Virus record (IMG/VR): IMGVR_UViG_3300027193_000501
Span: 101,922-165,921 of that record
Source: a virus
Lineage: Duplodnaviria; Caudoviricetes
DNA length: 64,000 nt
Strand: one strand, 5' to 3'
Made by a program: the position numbers and the translations under genes. The notes under the pieces are model-generated. The model made no database searches, had not been told where the DNA came from, and was given only the letters and a program-made list of their open reading frames with translations. Below are positions 17,481 through 27,827 of the stretch, piece after piece (position 1 is the first letter of the stretch; each line of letters opens with the position of its first letter).

Positions 17481-19856
17481 ATGAACAGATATAGCCAGAT
17501 GCAAAATAAACTAGTAAATCTACACACGATGATTCAAGGTTTTGATTTCCAAATTAGAGACCTTAATATATCTCAAGAACAAAAAGAAATTGCTAAACAA
17601 ACAATAAGAAAAATAGAAGATAAATTATCACAAGCAAAATATGTATTCTCTATATCAAGCCAGGTATCTATTCATCATATATTACTAGACGGTATTGCTA
17701 ACCCAGAACAAGAAATAACAGACCTACTATCCCCAGATGAATTGTCAGCAGCATTATTACTAGATATTAATAAAATGGGTATAACTGACCTAATAACACA
17801 AAAATATAATCCTAGAGAAACATACACGAATAATAAAATACAAGATGCAAAAAAATTAACATTAGAATTCTTTAATCACATAAAAGAAATAAATAAAGGC
17901 AAAGAAAAATATCTACCTGAATTCCTTATCCTAGCATCTACATTAACAAAAGATATAAACGAAAAATATACAGAAGAAAATAAAAACCACATATTCTTCA
18001 ACTCACCAATAATACCAGAATTGTTTAACGTATTACAAGAACAAAATTTATCTGGAGCAAGTGTACCAGAAGATATGGGATACCTAATCAAAACAGCTAA
18101 AACACTAAACACCGATACAAAAGAAATATGGGAAAATCCTTACAGCCCTTACTATAACACAAGACCATATACCGCTGTTCACTTCTTTGGAGCTAATATA
18201 AAAGATAATAATTTCTCATTTAACAAAGAAAGAAAAAAATATGTGCTCGATAACTTAAAAGCACCTGTACCCCTAAAAGAAATTAAAGATAAATTAATCC
18301 GCCAAGGAATAAATTACCCAGATCTACAACCAGATGAAAAACAAATAAAAGAATATACTGCTAGAATAAAAAAAGAAACACTGAGAAGCACACTAACAAC
18401 ATCACAACATTTAGACGAAATTATAAATGTCATTAAAGATGGACAAGTGAAAAAAATAGCTGTAAGAGACCTAATAAGAACATCAACACCCAAAGCTACA
18501 GAAGAAGCTATAGCTATGGACAAATTAATAAAAGAATTAAAACCAGAAGATATAAAAGATCAAACATTCTTCAAAATGTATTATAACTATACTAAACCAT
18601 ATTTTAATGCTAAAAACTTCATCAGCTTACAAAATCTATACCTAGAAAATAAAAATCAAATACCTATAAGAGATATTAATATAATATACCCAGATACAAA
18701 AAACGATAAAGTATACACAGCTAAATTATTACCTAAAAATAATCCTACATATCTCTTTGCTGGAAATATAACCGACTGCTGCCAAAAAATAAATGGAGAA
18801 GCTGAATCCGTGGTTTGGGACACTGCACAAAATATGGACTCCTGGATATTCGCTATCTTCGACGACTCTAATAAAATAATCGTGCAATCCTATATATGGA
18901 AATCTGAAGATACATACACAATAGACAGCATAGAATCACAAATAAAAACTGTAGCTGAAGACAATATAATATTACAAGACTTCTTTAAAATACATCTAGC
19001 AAATATATATAAACAATTTGCAGCAGAATTAGGTGACCTCGTATTTATAGGAAATAATAATACACCAGCTACAAATATTAAAACATTATCACCAAAAGTA
19101 TACGAAAGAGAATTCAAAAACCAAACCGGAATATATAAAGGCGACTCAAGTAAGAAAAAACTATTCCATATGGACTATTCTAGTATAAACCTAAACGATA
19201 AACCAGATAACACAAAAGATAAAGAATTGTACCTATATAAATTATTCGCCGCATTTAGAAATTCAAATTATCAACAAGGCAAATATATATATGAACTAGG
19301 TAAAACTAAAACTGACTTTACAAGCATGGATCGAATTACACTAGAAATAGATCTATTCCAAAAAGCACTTAAAGAAGAATTCAATACAGAACAATTAAAA
19401 CAAACAGACCTCTACCAAAACTTTACACCTAACGCTGACCAAAAAATATATGATGAAATTATGAGATTGATTATAAATGACATAGAAACAAATTATCTAT
19501 ATGAACTAATCAACCTATATATAAGAACAGACGCAAAACAAAGATTACTTAAAATATTACGAGAATGCTTTGAATGGGGTCAAGAAAATCAAATATCCAC
19601 TAATATCAAAACTAAATATCAAGACATAATACAAGATCCAAAAATAACAATATATCAATACCTAAAAGATAATAATATCAAATACGTAGCAACATCAGGA
19701 AATATACACATACTCGATACAAGACCAATAACACTAAGCCAAAGAATACTAGACATAGCTTACTTTAATAAAATCAATATCACACAAAGATCCGGCGACA
19801 TAGAAAACCCAATAGAACATAAAAAAATATTACCTAACAAAATAGAAATAGAATAA
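17481..19856 (+). CDS. Large protein with 'CCQ' PcfJ/GNAT-like domain, paralog of 1..3201
   Basis: LFAGNITDCCQ...QSYIW...IDSIE. Confidence 0.7.
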   Translation: MNRYSQMQNKLVNLHTMIQGFDFQIRDLNISQEQKEIAKQTIRKIEDKLSQAKYVFSISSQVSIHHILLDGIANPEQEITDLLSPDELSAALLLDINKMGITDLITQKYNPRETYTNNKIQDAKKLTLEFFNHIKEINKGKEKYLPEFLILASTLTKDINEKYTEENKNHIFFNSPIIPELFNVLQEQNLSGASVPEDMGYLIKTAKTLNTDTKEIWENPYSPYYNTRPYTAVHFFGANIKDNNFSFNKERKKYVLDNLKAPVPLKEIKDKLIRQGINYPDLQPDEKQIKEYTARIKKETLRSTLTTSQHLDEIINVIKDGQVKKIAVRDLIRTSTPKATEEAIAMDKLIKELKPEDIKDQTFFKMYYNYTKPYFNAKNFISLQNLYLENKNQIPIRDINIIYPDTKNDKVYTAKLLPKNNPTYLFAGNITDCCQKINGEAESVVWDTAQNMDSWIFAIFDDSNKIIVQSYIWKSEDTYTIDSIESQIKTVAEDNIILQDFFKIHLANIYKQFAAELGDLVFIGNNNTPATNIKTLSPKVYEREFKNQTGIYKGDSSKKKLFHMDYSSINLNDKPDNTKDKELYLYKLFAAFRNSNYQQGKYIYELGKTKTDFTSMDRITLEIDLFQKALKEEFNTEQLKQTDLYQNFTPNADQKIYDEIMRLIINDIETNYLYELINLYIRTDAKQRLLKILRECFEWGQENQISTNIKTKYQDIIQDPKITIYQYLKDNNIKYVATSGNIHILDTRPITLSQRILDIAYFNKINITQRSGDIENPIEHKKILPNKIEIE

Positions 19857-19863
19857 AACAATA

Positions 19864-19900
19864 ACACCCCTACATAAAAATATAGGGGTGTTTCTTTTTT
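19864..19900 (+). terminator. Intrinsic terminator
   Basis: aacaccccta...taggggtgtt followed by T-run. Confidence 0.7.
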
Positions 19901-21330
19901 AATACCACTAACAAAAACATATAGATAAAATAAACATCACTGAGAAGAATAATACATCCAAAAAATAACCTGAAATCTTTACAATAGAGCAATAAAATAT
20001 ACCAAAGAATACAAATACCCTAAACGAATAAAATGTTGCTAGAGATACCCCTTTTTTATACTTAACACCTATAATTACCCCCGTAGTATAAATGAAATAA
20101 TAAAAAATCACATAAGGAAATATAACAAGAGACCGTAAACGAAATATAATAAAAAAATTATACAGATTAGCTTTAGGATTAGAAAGGAGCTGGGAAGTAT
20201 GAAAAATAAGATAATTAGACTAAACGTAAAAATATAATTCTTATATAGGATAATTAATAAAATTACAGTGGATAGTAAATGACATAGATAACCCAAATTC
20301 AAAATACTATATAGAAAAAAAGAATAAAAATAAAAATCACAATGGAGACTGAGTGGAGACTAAAACCCAATTACATAAGAAAGAAACAAAATAACCCATA
20401 TAACAAAAAACAAAAATTCGAGCAATTACAATATAACAATAATTAATTTCCCTATATAAGAAAATAAAAGAAATTCACTTGGTTCTCTACTAATAACAAT
20501 AAAACACATTACTACTAACTAATCACATAGGAAACGATTGATAATAGCTATTGATACATTTTAGCTTATGAGGATAAAGATTTTCGAGTGATTATAAGAT
20601 TTTCGAGCAATTATAAGAGAAGAATAAATAATTACATATAAGGGAGAATATTTAATTTACTATATAGAAGAAATACAAATTAACCTATATGAGAAAAAGA
20701 ATATTCTAAAAGATTATATTTATTACCTAAGAACGAATAATAACTAATAGACAATAAAATAAAATCTATCCAATACTACAAAACAAAAAACAATATACTA
20801 CAAATGAAGAAAAAAAAATAAATTAATACAATAGAGAAAAAACAAATAATAGAATAAATAAGAACAAATAAATATCTATGAAATAATACAATAATAACGA
20901 ATAAGTGGCTTTTTAATACGGGACGGTTAATCAGCACACATTCAAACGTCAAACAATAATCGACAGTTAAACTATAAAATTAACTGTAATTGTTAACATT
21001 CTGTGTAGCTTCAAATAATTCCTCTAAGCTTTATGTATATTTCCGAACCTATTCTTCAATACTTACTTATATGTTGTTCCGCCTTATGTTTATTTTTATT
21101 TACGTTCGATTAAAATATCCACTAATCTTATAGAATTTCGAAGCTAAATCATAAGCCCTATTCTTCTTCTATATATTTTTGTATTCTTTTAATGTCCCTT
21201 ATTATATATTATTATTTCTACACTGTATATTCTAGATACCTGCTAGACATATTTTGTATAATATTGTTACCTATGTAGAAGTGTCTATATATGTATTCTA
21301 TCCTAATTTGTTTTATACCTGCAACTTTTT
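19901..21330. other. Long AT-rich non-coding region with strand-skew inversion; candidate replication origin
   Basis: A/C-rich + strand up to ~20.95 kb, T-rich afterwards and G/T-rich in the following genes; tandem agattttcgagNNattata; inverted repeat acagttaa/ttaactgt. Confidence 0.5.
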
Positions 21331-21897
21331 ATGTTAACCGGCAATATCCATTCTTATATTTCGAGTTCTTTTGTTAATGGTCCTGGAAATCGTTTTGTAT
21401 TATGGTTTCAGGGTTGTTCTAAAGGTTGTCTCGGTTGTTTTAATCCTGAGACTTGGAACGATAGACCTGTTTCTCTTTATACTGTTCAAAGTTTAATTAC
21501 CATAATAGAAAAGATTAATCCTACTGGCATTACTATTTCTGGTGGTGATCCTTTCGAGCAATCTGAATTCCTATTAGAATTATTAAAAGAGTTATATAAG
21601 AAAGATTATAAGGATGGGATTATTGTATTTTCTGGTTTTACTATAGATGAGATTAATAGTGATAATACTATGAGGGATTGTTTAAATTATCTAGACGTTT
21701 TGATAGACGGTAGATTTGTTAAGGATTGTATAACTAAAGATGGTTTAAGAGGCAGTAGTAATCAGAATATAATTTATTTTTCGAGTAAGGTTAAAGATCT
21801 TTTAATTGATCAAGAAGTAGAAGTAGGTTTTGATTACGTTACTGGTTTTCCTCTTATAAATAGTGAATTAATAAAGTTAGGAATTCGAGTAAAGTGA
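21331..21897 (+). CDS. NrdG-like radical SAM activating enzyme
   Basis: VNGPGNR..LWFQGCSKGCLGCFNP (CxxxCxxC), GITISGGDP, DGRF, RGSSNQ. Confidence 0.85.
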   Translation: MLTGNIHSYISSSFVNGPGNRFVLWFQGCSKGCLGCFNPETWNDRPVSLYTVQSLITIIEKINPTGITISGGDPFEQSEFLLELLKELYKKDYKDGIIVFSGFTIDEINSDNTMRDCLNYLDVLIDGRFVKDCITKDGLRGSSNQNIIYFSSKVKDLLIDQEVEVGFDYVTGFPLINSELIKLGIRVK

Positions 21898-22469
21898 CTG
21901 AAACAAGTAAGAGTTATAATTTAAGAATTAGAGAGTGTCATTTCGAGAAGTATTTAAATGGTAAGGGAATTGATATTGGTTCTGGTCCTGATCCTTTAGT
22001 AGTATTAGATGGCACTGTTAAGAGTTATGATTTTAAGCAGGGTGATGCGAATTTTATGGAAGATCAGAAAGACAACATTTATGATTTTGTTTATTCGAGT
22101 CATTGTTTAGAGCATATGAAGAGTGTTAGAACAAGTTTATTTAATTGGTGTAGAATTTTAAAGCCTGGTGGATATTTATATATTACAATTCCAGATTTCG
22201 AGTTATATGAGAAATGTAATTGGCCGAGTAATTTTAATCTAGATCACAAATTTTCTTTTTCGAGTAATTATAAGAGAAGTGATGTTAATAGAATTAATCA
22301 TTATAATATCTCCGAGGATTTAGAGCCGTTATTAAATTCGTATAATGTTAATCTAATAGAAGCTGTATTACAAGATGAAGGTTATGATTATTCTTTACCA
22401 GCTAAGATAGATCAAACTTTAAATGGTGCTTTGGTGCAGATTAATATTATTGGACAAAAAAGATTATAA
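21894..22469 (+). CDS. Class I SAM-dependent methyltransferase
   Basis: GIDIGSG; YDFVYSSHCLEH; RILKPGGYL. Confidence 0.88.
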   Translation: MTETSKSYNLRIRECHFEKYLNGKGIDIGSGPDPLVVLDGTVKSYDFKQGDANFMEDQKDNIYDFVYSSHCLEHMKSVRTSLFNWCRILKPGGYLYITIPDFELYEKCNWPSNFNLDHKFSFSSNYKRSDVNRINHYNISEDLEPLLNSYNVNLIEAVLQDEGYDYSLPAKIDQTLNGALVQINIIGQKRL

Positions 22470-22479
22470 GGGGGATAAT

Positions 22480-22977
22480 ATGGGTAGATTAAAGAAAGTT
22501 GTTGAAGAGACTACTGTAGAAGCTGTGGAAGTTTTCGAAGATGTTGAAACTGTAGAAAACGTAGAAGTAATGGAAGATACAGTAGAAGCGTTAAGGGAGC
22601 CTGTTAATATTAGTACAGGTGAGTTTTATGCTGTTTTCGAGGATGATAGATTAATTGGATATGCTAGGGAAAATTCGAGTAGTTTAGCAAGATATCAAGA
22701 ATCTAATTATAATGAGTTAAGTGATATGTTAGAGAGATATAGTATTCCTTTCGAGAATGAGAAGGATATTTTATTTGCTAACCTTGGATCTGATGCTAAT
22801 TTATATCAATCATGGGCACAGTATCAGCATCAAACGGGAGTAGCGCCTTCTGTTCCACCTATTGTTAACTTACTAGGGTATCACGGTAAGAGACTTAATA
22901 TCCAGGATCCAGAAGAAATTGTTGTTAGATCACATGCTTTTAAATATGTGTTCCAGGTTATTGAAGAACTTGATTAA
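22480..22977 (+). CDS. Hypothetical protein
   Basis: RBS aggggg before MGRLKK. Confidence 0.65.
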   Translation: MGRLKKVVEETTVEAVEVFEDVETVENVEVMEDTVEALREPVNISTGEFYAVFEDDRLIGYARENSSSLARYQESNYNELSDMLERYSIPFENEKDILFANLGSDANLYQSWAQYQHQTGVAPSVPPIVNLLGYHGKRLNIQDPEEIVVRSHAFKYVFQVIEELD

Positions 22978-22987
22978 TATAGTAGAG

Positions 22988-23194
22988 ATGACTGTTTATA
23001 GTTATAGTATTAAATTAAAATACTATAACTATACTAATGAGTTTTTCGAGTATTTAAAAGGTAAAGAAGATAAGAATGATATTTATGATTTGCGATTTGA
23101 TAACCATACAATATTTTTCTTTTCGAAGAGTAAATATACCGGCAATAAATTAATTCAAGAATTCGAGAAGAACAAATTAGAAGACATGGTATAA
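22988..23194 (+). CDS. Hypothetical protein
   Basis: Operon-filling ORF. Confidence 0.45.
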   Translation: MTVYSYSIKLKYYNYTNEFFEYLKGKEDKNDIYDLRFDNHTIFFFSKSKYTGNKLIQEFEKNKLEDMV

Positions 23195-23202
23195 TGTGTT
23201 AG

Positions 23203-23658
23203 ATGAAGCCAGATTATTTAGAACATAGAAATTATTTGGTTAATTATCTTTCTCTTATTTCGAGGGATAGATTATTAGCTGAAGATTTAGTTCAAAGTGT
23301 TTTAATTAATTATTGGATTAATAAACCTGTAGTAAATAATGTTCGAGGTTATCTTAAAATGATGGCTAAAAACTCTTATATAGATTATTACAGGATTAAG
23401 AAACTTAGCATTGTAGATTTAGAGCAAGCTTATCTTATAAATAATGATGTAAATATTTCGAGAGAAGTGGAAGCTAAGGAAACGTTAAGATCTTTAAAAA
23501 TCGAGATTGAAAAATTCGAGTCTATAGATCGTGATATAATGTTATGTTTGTTAGAGGGATATAGTCTTAACGAAATAGCTGTTAATATGAATCTTAATTA
23601 TAATACAGTTAAGGTTAAAGTATTTCGAGCTAGGAAGAAGTTAAGTGCTATATTATAA
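23203..23658 (+). CDS. ECF-type sigma-70 family RNA polymerase sigma factor
   Basis: Region 2 (AEDLVQ...AKNSYIDYYR) and region 4 (EGYSLNEIA...TVKVKVFRARKKL). Confidence 0.88.
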   Translation: MKPDYLEHRNYLVNYLSLISRDRLLAEDLVQSVLINYWINKPVVNNVRGYLKMMAKNSYIDYYRIKKLSIVDLEQAYLINNDVNISREVEAKETLRSLKIEIEKFESIDRDIMLCLLEGYSLNEIAVNMNLNYNTVKVKVFRARKKLSAIL

Positions 23659-23669
23659 AAGGAAAAAAT

Positions 23670-24122
23670 ATGAAGATCTTTTTATCTATTGCAGCTTTAT
23701 TGGCTGTTTCTAATTGTTATGCTTTAGAGTATGGTCCAGCAGCTCCACCTAAGGCACAATCATTTTTTGTCAAGCCTGGTTTTAAGGACGGCAAGATTCA
23801 GAGTGTTTCCATGGGTGTATCTTTAGATGGCCGAAACAGTAATGCTCTTCTTGTTACTAATCTTGATTCTTACAAGGTTTTTAATCGTACAGTAGAAACC
23901 GTAGCTACCGTTAGTACAGATCGCTATGGTAATAAGGCTGCTGTTGGTGCTGGTCTATTACTTCCATTAGGTGAGCATTTCGGTGTATCTCTTAAAGCTG
24001 GGGCCTATTTCGAAGGTACAGATTTAGCTGATAAGGGTCGTATTAGTAATCGTGTCGTTCCCGCAGTTACATGTAGAATCGATTTGAATAAGACACTATC
24101 CGTATTAGGTGTTCGTCTCTAA
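23670..24122 (+). CDS. Secreted/envelope protein with signal peptide
   Basis: MKIFLSIAALLAVSNCYA signal peptide; amphipathic beta-strand pattern. Confidence 0.6.
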   Translation: MKIFLSIAALLAVSNCYALEYGPAAPPKAQSFFVKPGFKDGKIQSVSMGVSLDGRNSNALLVTNLDSYKVFNRTVETVATVSTDRYGNKAAVGAGLLLPLGEHFGVSLKAGAYFEGTDLADKGRISNRVVPAVTCRIDLNKTLSVLGVRL

Positions 24123-24156
24123 AGTGTAACCGTACTTAATCTGGAAATTATTATAT

Positions 24157-24471
24157 ATGATAATTTCCAGTTACACATTAAAATCTAAATGGGATCTCTG
24201 CAAAATTTGTGGAGATCCTTTTCTTACATGTACGTTTAGTAACATTTGTAAAAACTGTGAAAAATATGAAAAAGACAGAATAATAATAATAGCTAAATTA
24301 AAATTCATCTTATTATTATTTATTATTATATATCCGATATTTGCTACAGGATTATTTTTCTTATTAGATTATTTTAAATCTAGTCTTATTCACAAGCTGG
24401 CCGGTCTATTATTTTTAATTCCGCCATTTGGATATATATTAAACAAGAAAATAAATAATACAACATTATGA
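24157..24471 (+). CDS. Zn-ribbon plus 2-TM membrane protein
   Basis: CKIC...CKNC and two hydrophobic helices. Confidence 0.5.
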   Translation: MIISSYTLKSKWDLCKICGDPFLTCTFSNICKNCEKYEKDRIIIIAKLKFILLLFIIIYPIFATGLFFLLDYFKSSLIHKLAGLLFLIPPFGYILNKKINNTTL

Positions 24472-25082
24472 ATATTATCGTTTTATATACTCAAGCGAAA
24501 TTATTAGCCCATATTGTAGGATCTTTTAAAAACGTAATAAAAGGAGATTTAATTTCTATTATCCCTTTATTAGAACAAAACATTACCGCAGCTGTTAATG
24601 AAGGTGAACTGGAAGAGATATTCATTTTAAGATTACATAACTTAAAATATAATCTATACACAATACAAAAAGAAATAAAATATCTAAATGTATTACAGGA
24701 GAATAAAGTTATATTAGATCTTAAACATAGATTAATACAATTCTCTAATAAGAATAAAAATAATCCTAATGTTGGTGAATCTTTTTATATAACATTAGAG
24801 GAACTGGACATTATAAGGGATTCATTAAATTTCTATATTAATATTATGCTGGGAGATTTAGGTTCTGCTTTTAATATAGTAAAACCTTATAGAGATTTCT
24901 TCGTTGATTTTTCTATATATAATAATCTCGCAAGTGGTTTTTTAGACAACGTTACCTTCCATAAAATAACATCAAAAAAGATATTCCGCAAAGTTAGATG
25001 GGGGTATGATATATATAGAGGATTACTTCAGGAAGACCATAAATTAATTGGAACCTTACCTGGAATAAAAATAACAAGATGA
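24468..25082 (+). CDS. Hypothetical protein
   Basis: ATGA-coupled ORF. Confidence 0.6.
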   Translation: MNIIVLYTQAKLLAHIVGSFKNVIKGDLISIIPLLEQNITAAVNEGELEEIFILRLHNLKYNLYTIQKEIKYLNVLQENKVILDLKHRLIQFSNKNKNNPNVGESFYITLEELDIIRDSLNFYINIMLGDLGSAFNIVKPYRDFFVDFSIYNNLASGFLDNVTFHKITSKKIFRKVRWGYDIYRGLLQEDHKLIGTLPGIKITR

Positions 25083-25303
25083 CATTATTAGATTTGACCG
25101 CTATTGATAGATTAATAGATTTATATGGAGATGACCAGTTAGTACGATTTTTAGAAAATGATAATGTGTACAGCCTTGAAGATTTCAGATTATTGTGTGA
25201 AGATAATAACTGGAATTTCTCTATTGATGAGTTCCAAGTATCTGTCTCTGATTTCCCATTATCCCAAGAAGAACCAATTTTAGCCCTTGTAAAAAATGAC
25301 TAG
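25079..25303 (+). CDS. Hypothetical protein
   Basis: Coupled ORF. Confidence 0.55.
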   Translation: MTLLDLTAIDRLIDLYGDDQLVRFLENDNVYSLEDFRLLCEDNNWNFSIDEFQVSVSDFPLSQEEPILALVKND

Positions 25304-25769
25304 CGATCTTTATCAACACGAATATAATAACTTAAATCATTACAACCATAATCACTTGTCTAGATTTTTAGATAAGATTAATTACCCAGACCCAAGAAAT
25401 GTAAACCCAAAAAACATAGATAAAAAGATTAGAGACGGTATAGTAAGAATCAATAAAAGCAATTGGGTTTGGACTGTATACTCATGTTCAGGTCATATGA
25501 ATAAATTTTCTCATCCTTATATCGTATTTATTGTAGATAATAAATATAAAGGACTACTGTTAGAGAATATATATAATTCATTTAATAAAGACATTGATGA
25601 TATTAACTTTCCTCTATTTGGCGGAAGAACATTTGAAATCTCTACCGGCTATTCTGATAATAAATTCTCTATGCTTTCTCTACATATATCTGGTTACAAA
25701 CGAAGCCGACTAAAAGAATACCAATCTATACTAAATAATATACTTTTGAACATTCTCCTTTCACCATAG
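25296..25769 (+). CDS. TYW3-like domain protein (paralog of 14477..14944)
   Basis: IDKKI...IN..NWVWTVYSCSGH...PYIVFIVD. Confidence 0.5.
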   Translation: MTSDLYQHEYNNLNHYNHNHLSRFLDKINYPDPRNVNPKNIDKKIRDGIVRINKSNWVWTVYSCSGHMNKFSHPYIVFIVDNKYKGLLLENIYNSFNKDIDDINFPLFGGRTFEISTGYSDNKFSMLSLHISGYKRSRLKEYQSILNNILLNILLSP

Positions 25770-25840
25770 ATATATTATCATATGCTACATAGGATGCAAT
25801 ATAATCCCTAATTTATTTTAGGGATTTTTTGTTTTAATCC

Positions 25841-25863
25841 ACAAGCCTAACCTCCAGTGTAAC
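25841..25863 (+). repeat. Half-site of the 22-bp cassette palindrome
   Basis: acaagcctaa-cctc-cagtgt matches one arm plus flank of the 47.9-58.2 kb repeats. Confidence 0.65.
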
Positions 25864-25915
25864 ATAATAGAAATTTAGTGTTGCTAGTGTTATAGTAAAT
25901 GTGATATATTAGGGC

Positions 25916-26167
25916 ATGAGAAAAATGCGAGTGGTTTTTACAGCAGAGTTTGAAATACCAGATAATGTTGTAATTCATGACGGCGGAATATTCGAATGTG
26001 AAGGCGTAGTATTTGAACCTGAATTAAACTTTAATTGTGTCGAAGTGGATGTTAATAATCCAGAAGAATTGATTCAGTTTCCTAATGATATCTGGTCTGT
26101 TAGTGAATATGAAATTAAACATATTCGAGTAAATTCAACAATAGAGGTAGAGAATAATGAAGATTAA
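25916..26167 (+). CDS. Hypothetical protein (leaderless)
   Basis: -10 box just before ATG. Confidence 0.6.
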   Translation: MRKMRVVFTAEFEIPDNVVIHDGGIFECEGVVFEPELNFNCVEVDVNNPEELIQFPNDIWSVSEYEIKHIRVNSTIEVENNED

Positions 26168-26393
26168 TTTTTCAGTTACCGGCACTATGGAAATTCCTGA
26201 TGATGCAGTTTTTCATCAAGATATTTTAAATCAATTATATGCAGTTGAGTTTAATAATAAAATGTATATGCTTCAGGTATGTTTAGTTGCTGAAAGTCCT
26301 AATGGTGAATATGAAATGTTACACCAATATGACGACATGGAAAAACATGATATTAAAAATGTTCGTTATGATTCAGCAGAGTTTAGCGAATAA
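26157..26393 (+). CDS. Hypothetical protein
   Basis: RBS gagg; terminator follows. Confidence 0.6.
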   Translation: MKINFSVTGTMEIPDDAVFHQDILNQLYAVEFNNKMYMLQVCLVAESPNGEYEMLHQYDDMEKHDIKNVRYDSAEFSE

Positions 26394-26486
26394 AATATAG
26401 CCCAGAAAATAATCTGGGCTTTTTCTTGCTATCGTATGTAACAGGTGATACTATTCTTTGTTGGTGATTTTGATTAGGAGAATAAA

Positions 26487-27140
26487 ATGCCGAACTGGGT
26501 AATGAACGAACTAACCTGCATCTTCCAAACTAAGGAAGAGTGCGATTCTTTTATGAGCAAGGTAGATGAAGATAATTTATATCATTCTTTCTTCCCTATG
26601 CCTGAGATTTTGAGCGAAACACAAAGTCCTGATGTTAATGTAAATGCATTGATTCTTGATTACAATCGGGAAACAAATTCTACAGCAATGGGTCTCACTG
26701 AAATTATCAACAGTGGTCATTCTTTGTTTACAAGTATTGCACAACAGGCTCTCAAGAATCAACAAGCACAAATCGCTACTGGATTCACTAACTGGTACGA
26801 TTGGTCTGTTGATAATTGGGGTGTCAAGTGGGATGCTTCTCAAGTTATAGTAAAAAAACTACCTGATTTCAATACAGTAATTTATTCTTTCAATAGTCCT
26901 TGGGATACTCCAGAGAAATTTGTAGAAGGATTGTCTAAACTGTATCCTAATGTTGTATTCGAGATGGTATCGGGTTCTATTGAAAATGATAACCATTATG
27001 AGTTTACCTGTAAGGATGGCAAACTTGAAATAACCTGTTGCTATGGTTCATTTCGAGAAGCCGTAGAATGTGGTAAATGGGGCGGTATGGCTGAATGGGC
27101 TGAAGTATTTGAGGAGAGTGAAGAAAGTGACGCTGAGTAA
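26487..27140 (+). CDS. DUF1281/YubB ferredoxin-like domain protein
   Basis: MPNW..N; WYDW...NWG.KW; F.SPW..P. Confidence 0.8.
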   Translation: MPNWVMNELTCIFQTKEECDSFMSKVDEDNLYHSFFPMPEILSETQSPDVNVNALILDYNRETNSTAMGLTEIINSGHSLFTSIAQQALKNQQAQIATGFTNWYDWSVDNWGVKWDASQVIVKKLPDFNTVIYSFNSPWDTPEKFVEGLSKLYPNVVFEMVSGSIENDNHYEFTCKDGKLEITCCYGSFREAVECGKWGGMAEWAEVFEESEESDAE

Positions 27141-27336
27141 ACTTATCGCAGAACTCCAGAAAATTAAAAAAGAGTATGGAGACGTTGATTGTGTCCTCTC
27201 TATTGACACATCTGATGCTTTTAATGAGACTAACCTTCTTGATGTTGTAGTAAATAAATATGAAGCAATGGACACTAATGATGGTTATGTCTATAGTGTA
27301 TGTCTTCACGGTGAACTGACCCAACAAGAAGACTAA
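27127..27336 (+). CDS. Hypothetical protein
   Basis: GTG start, LSKLIAELQKIKKEYGD. Confidence 0.55.
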   Translation: MTLSKLIAELQKIKKEYGDVDCVLSIDTSDAFNETNLLDVVVNKYEAMDTNDGYVYSVCLHGELTQQED

Positions 27337-27388
27337 AAGATATTGGGGAGATGCTTGCATCTCCCCTTATCATATGTTATAATAAGCC

Positions 27389-27586
27389 ATGGAAAACCTT
27401 AAGTGGATATCAGCAATGTCAGAACGATTGAGAGATGAACTTTCAAAAGAGTATGATGACGAAACTAAAGATTTAATTATTAGAGCATTTCGTAACGGGC
27501 TATTCCAAAATCCCGGTATTGTGGAAGAATTAAAATCTTCTTCTCTAATTGAATCAGATTATTTCGAGGATGCAGATGAAGATTGA
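27389..27586 (+). CDS. Hypothetical protein (leaderless)
   Basis: TTGCAT-N17-TATAAT-5nt-ATG. Confidence 0.6.
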   Translation: MENLKWISAMSERLRDELSKEYDDETKDLIIRAFRNGLFQNPGIVEELKSSSLIESDYFEDADED

Positions 27587-27797
27587 AAAATTTATCTATA
27601 TGGCTGATGGCTTCTATGTTTATAAAATGGAAGATGGATATGCAGTCAAAGACCAATTCGGCTATACATTAAAAACAGCCAAGACAGTTAAGACTTGCGA
27701 GAGATATGTCCAACTACAATTACAAACAAGAAGAGTAGCAGAAAGATATGCAATTGAAAAAATTAATGACGAACACAAAAAAAATCGAGCAAGTTAA
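27576..27797 (+). CDS. Hypothetical protein
   Basis: RBS gagga. Confidence 0.55.
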   Translation: MKIEKFIYMADGFYVYKMEDGYAVKDQFGYTLKTAKTVKTCERYVQLQLQTRRVAERYAIEKINDEHKKNRAS

Positions 27798-27827
27798 AGA
27801 ACTAAAAGAACAAGGTATAATTTAAAT

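Noticed and set aside
19908-20302. Two hydrophobic minus-strand ORFs (67 and 64 aa)
   Set aside because: Likely by-products of the extreme A-rich skew (T-rich codons); no RBS or promoter support
21331-21897. Complete anaerobic ribonucleotide reductase system
   Set aside because: No nrdD in the window, so the substrate of this radical SAM enzyme cannot be assigned
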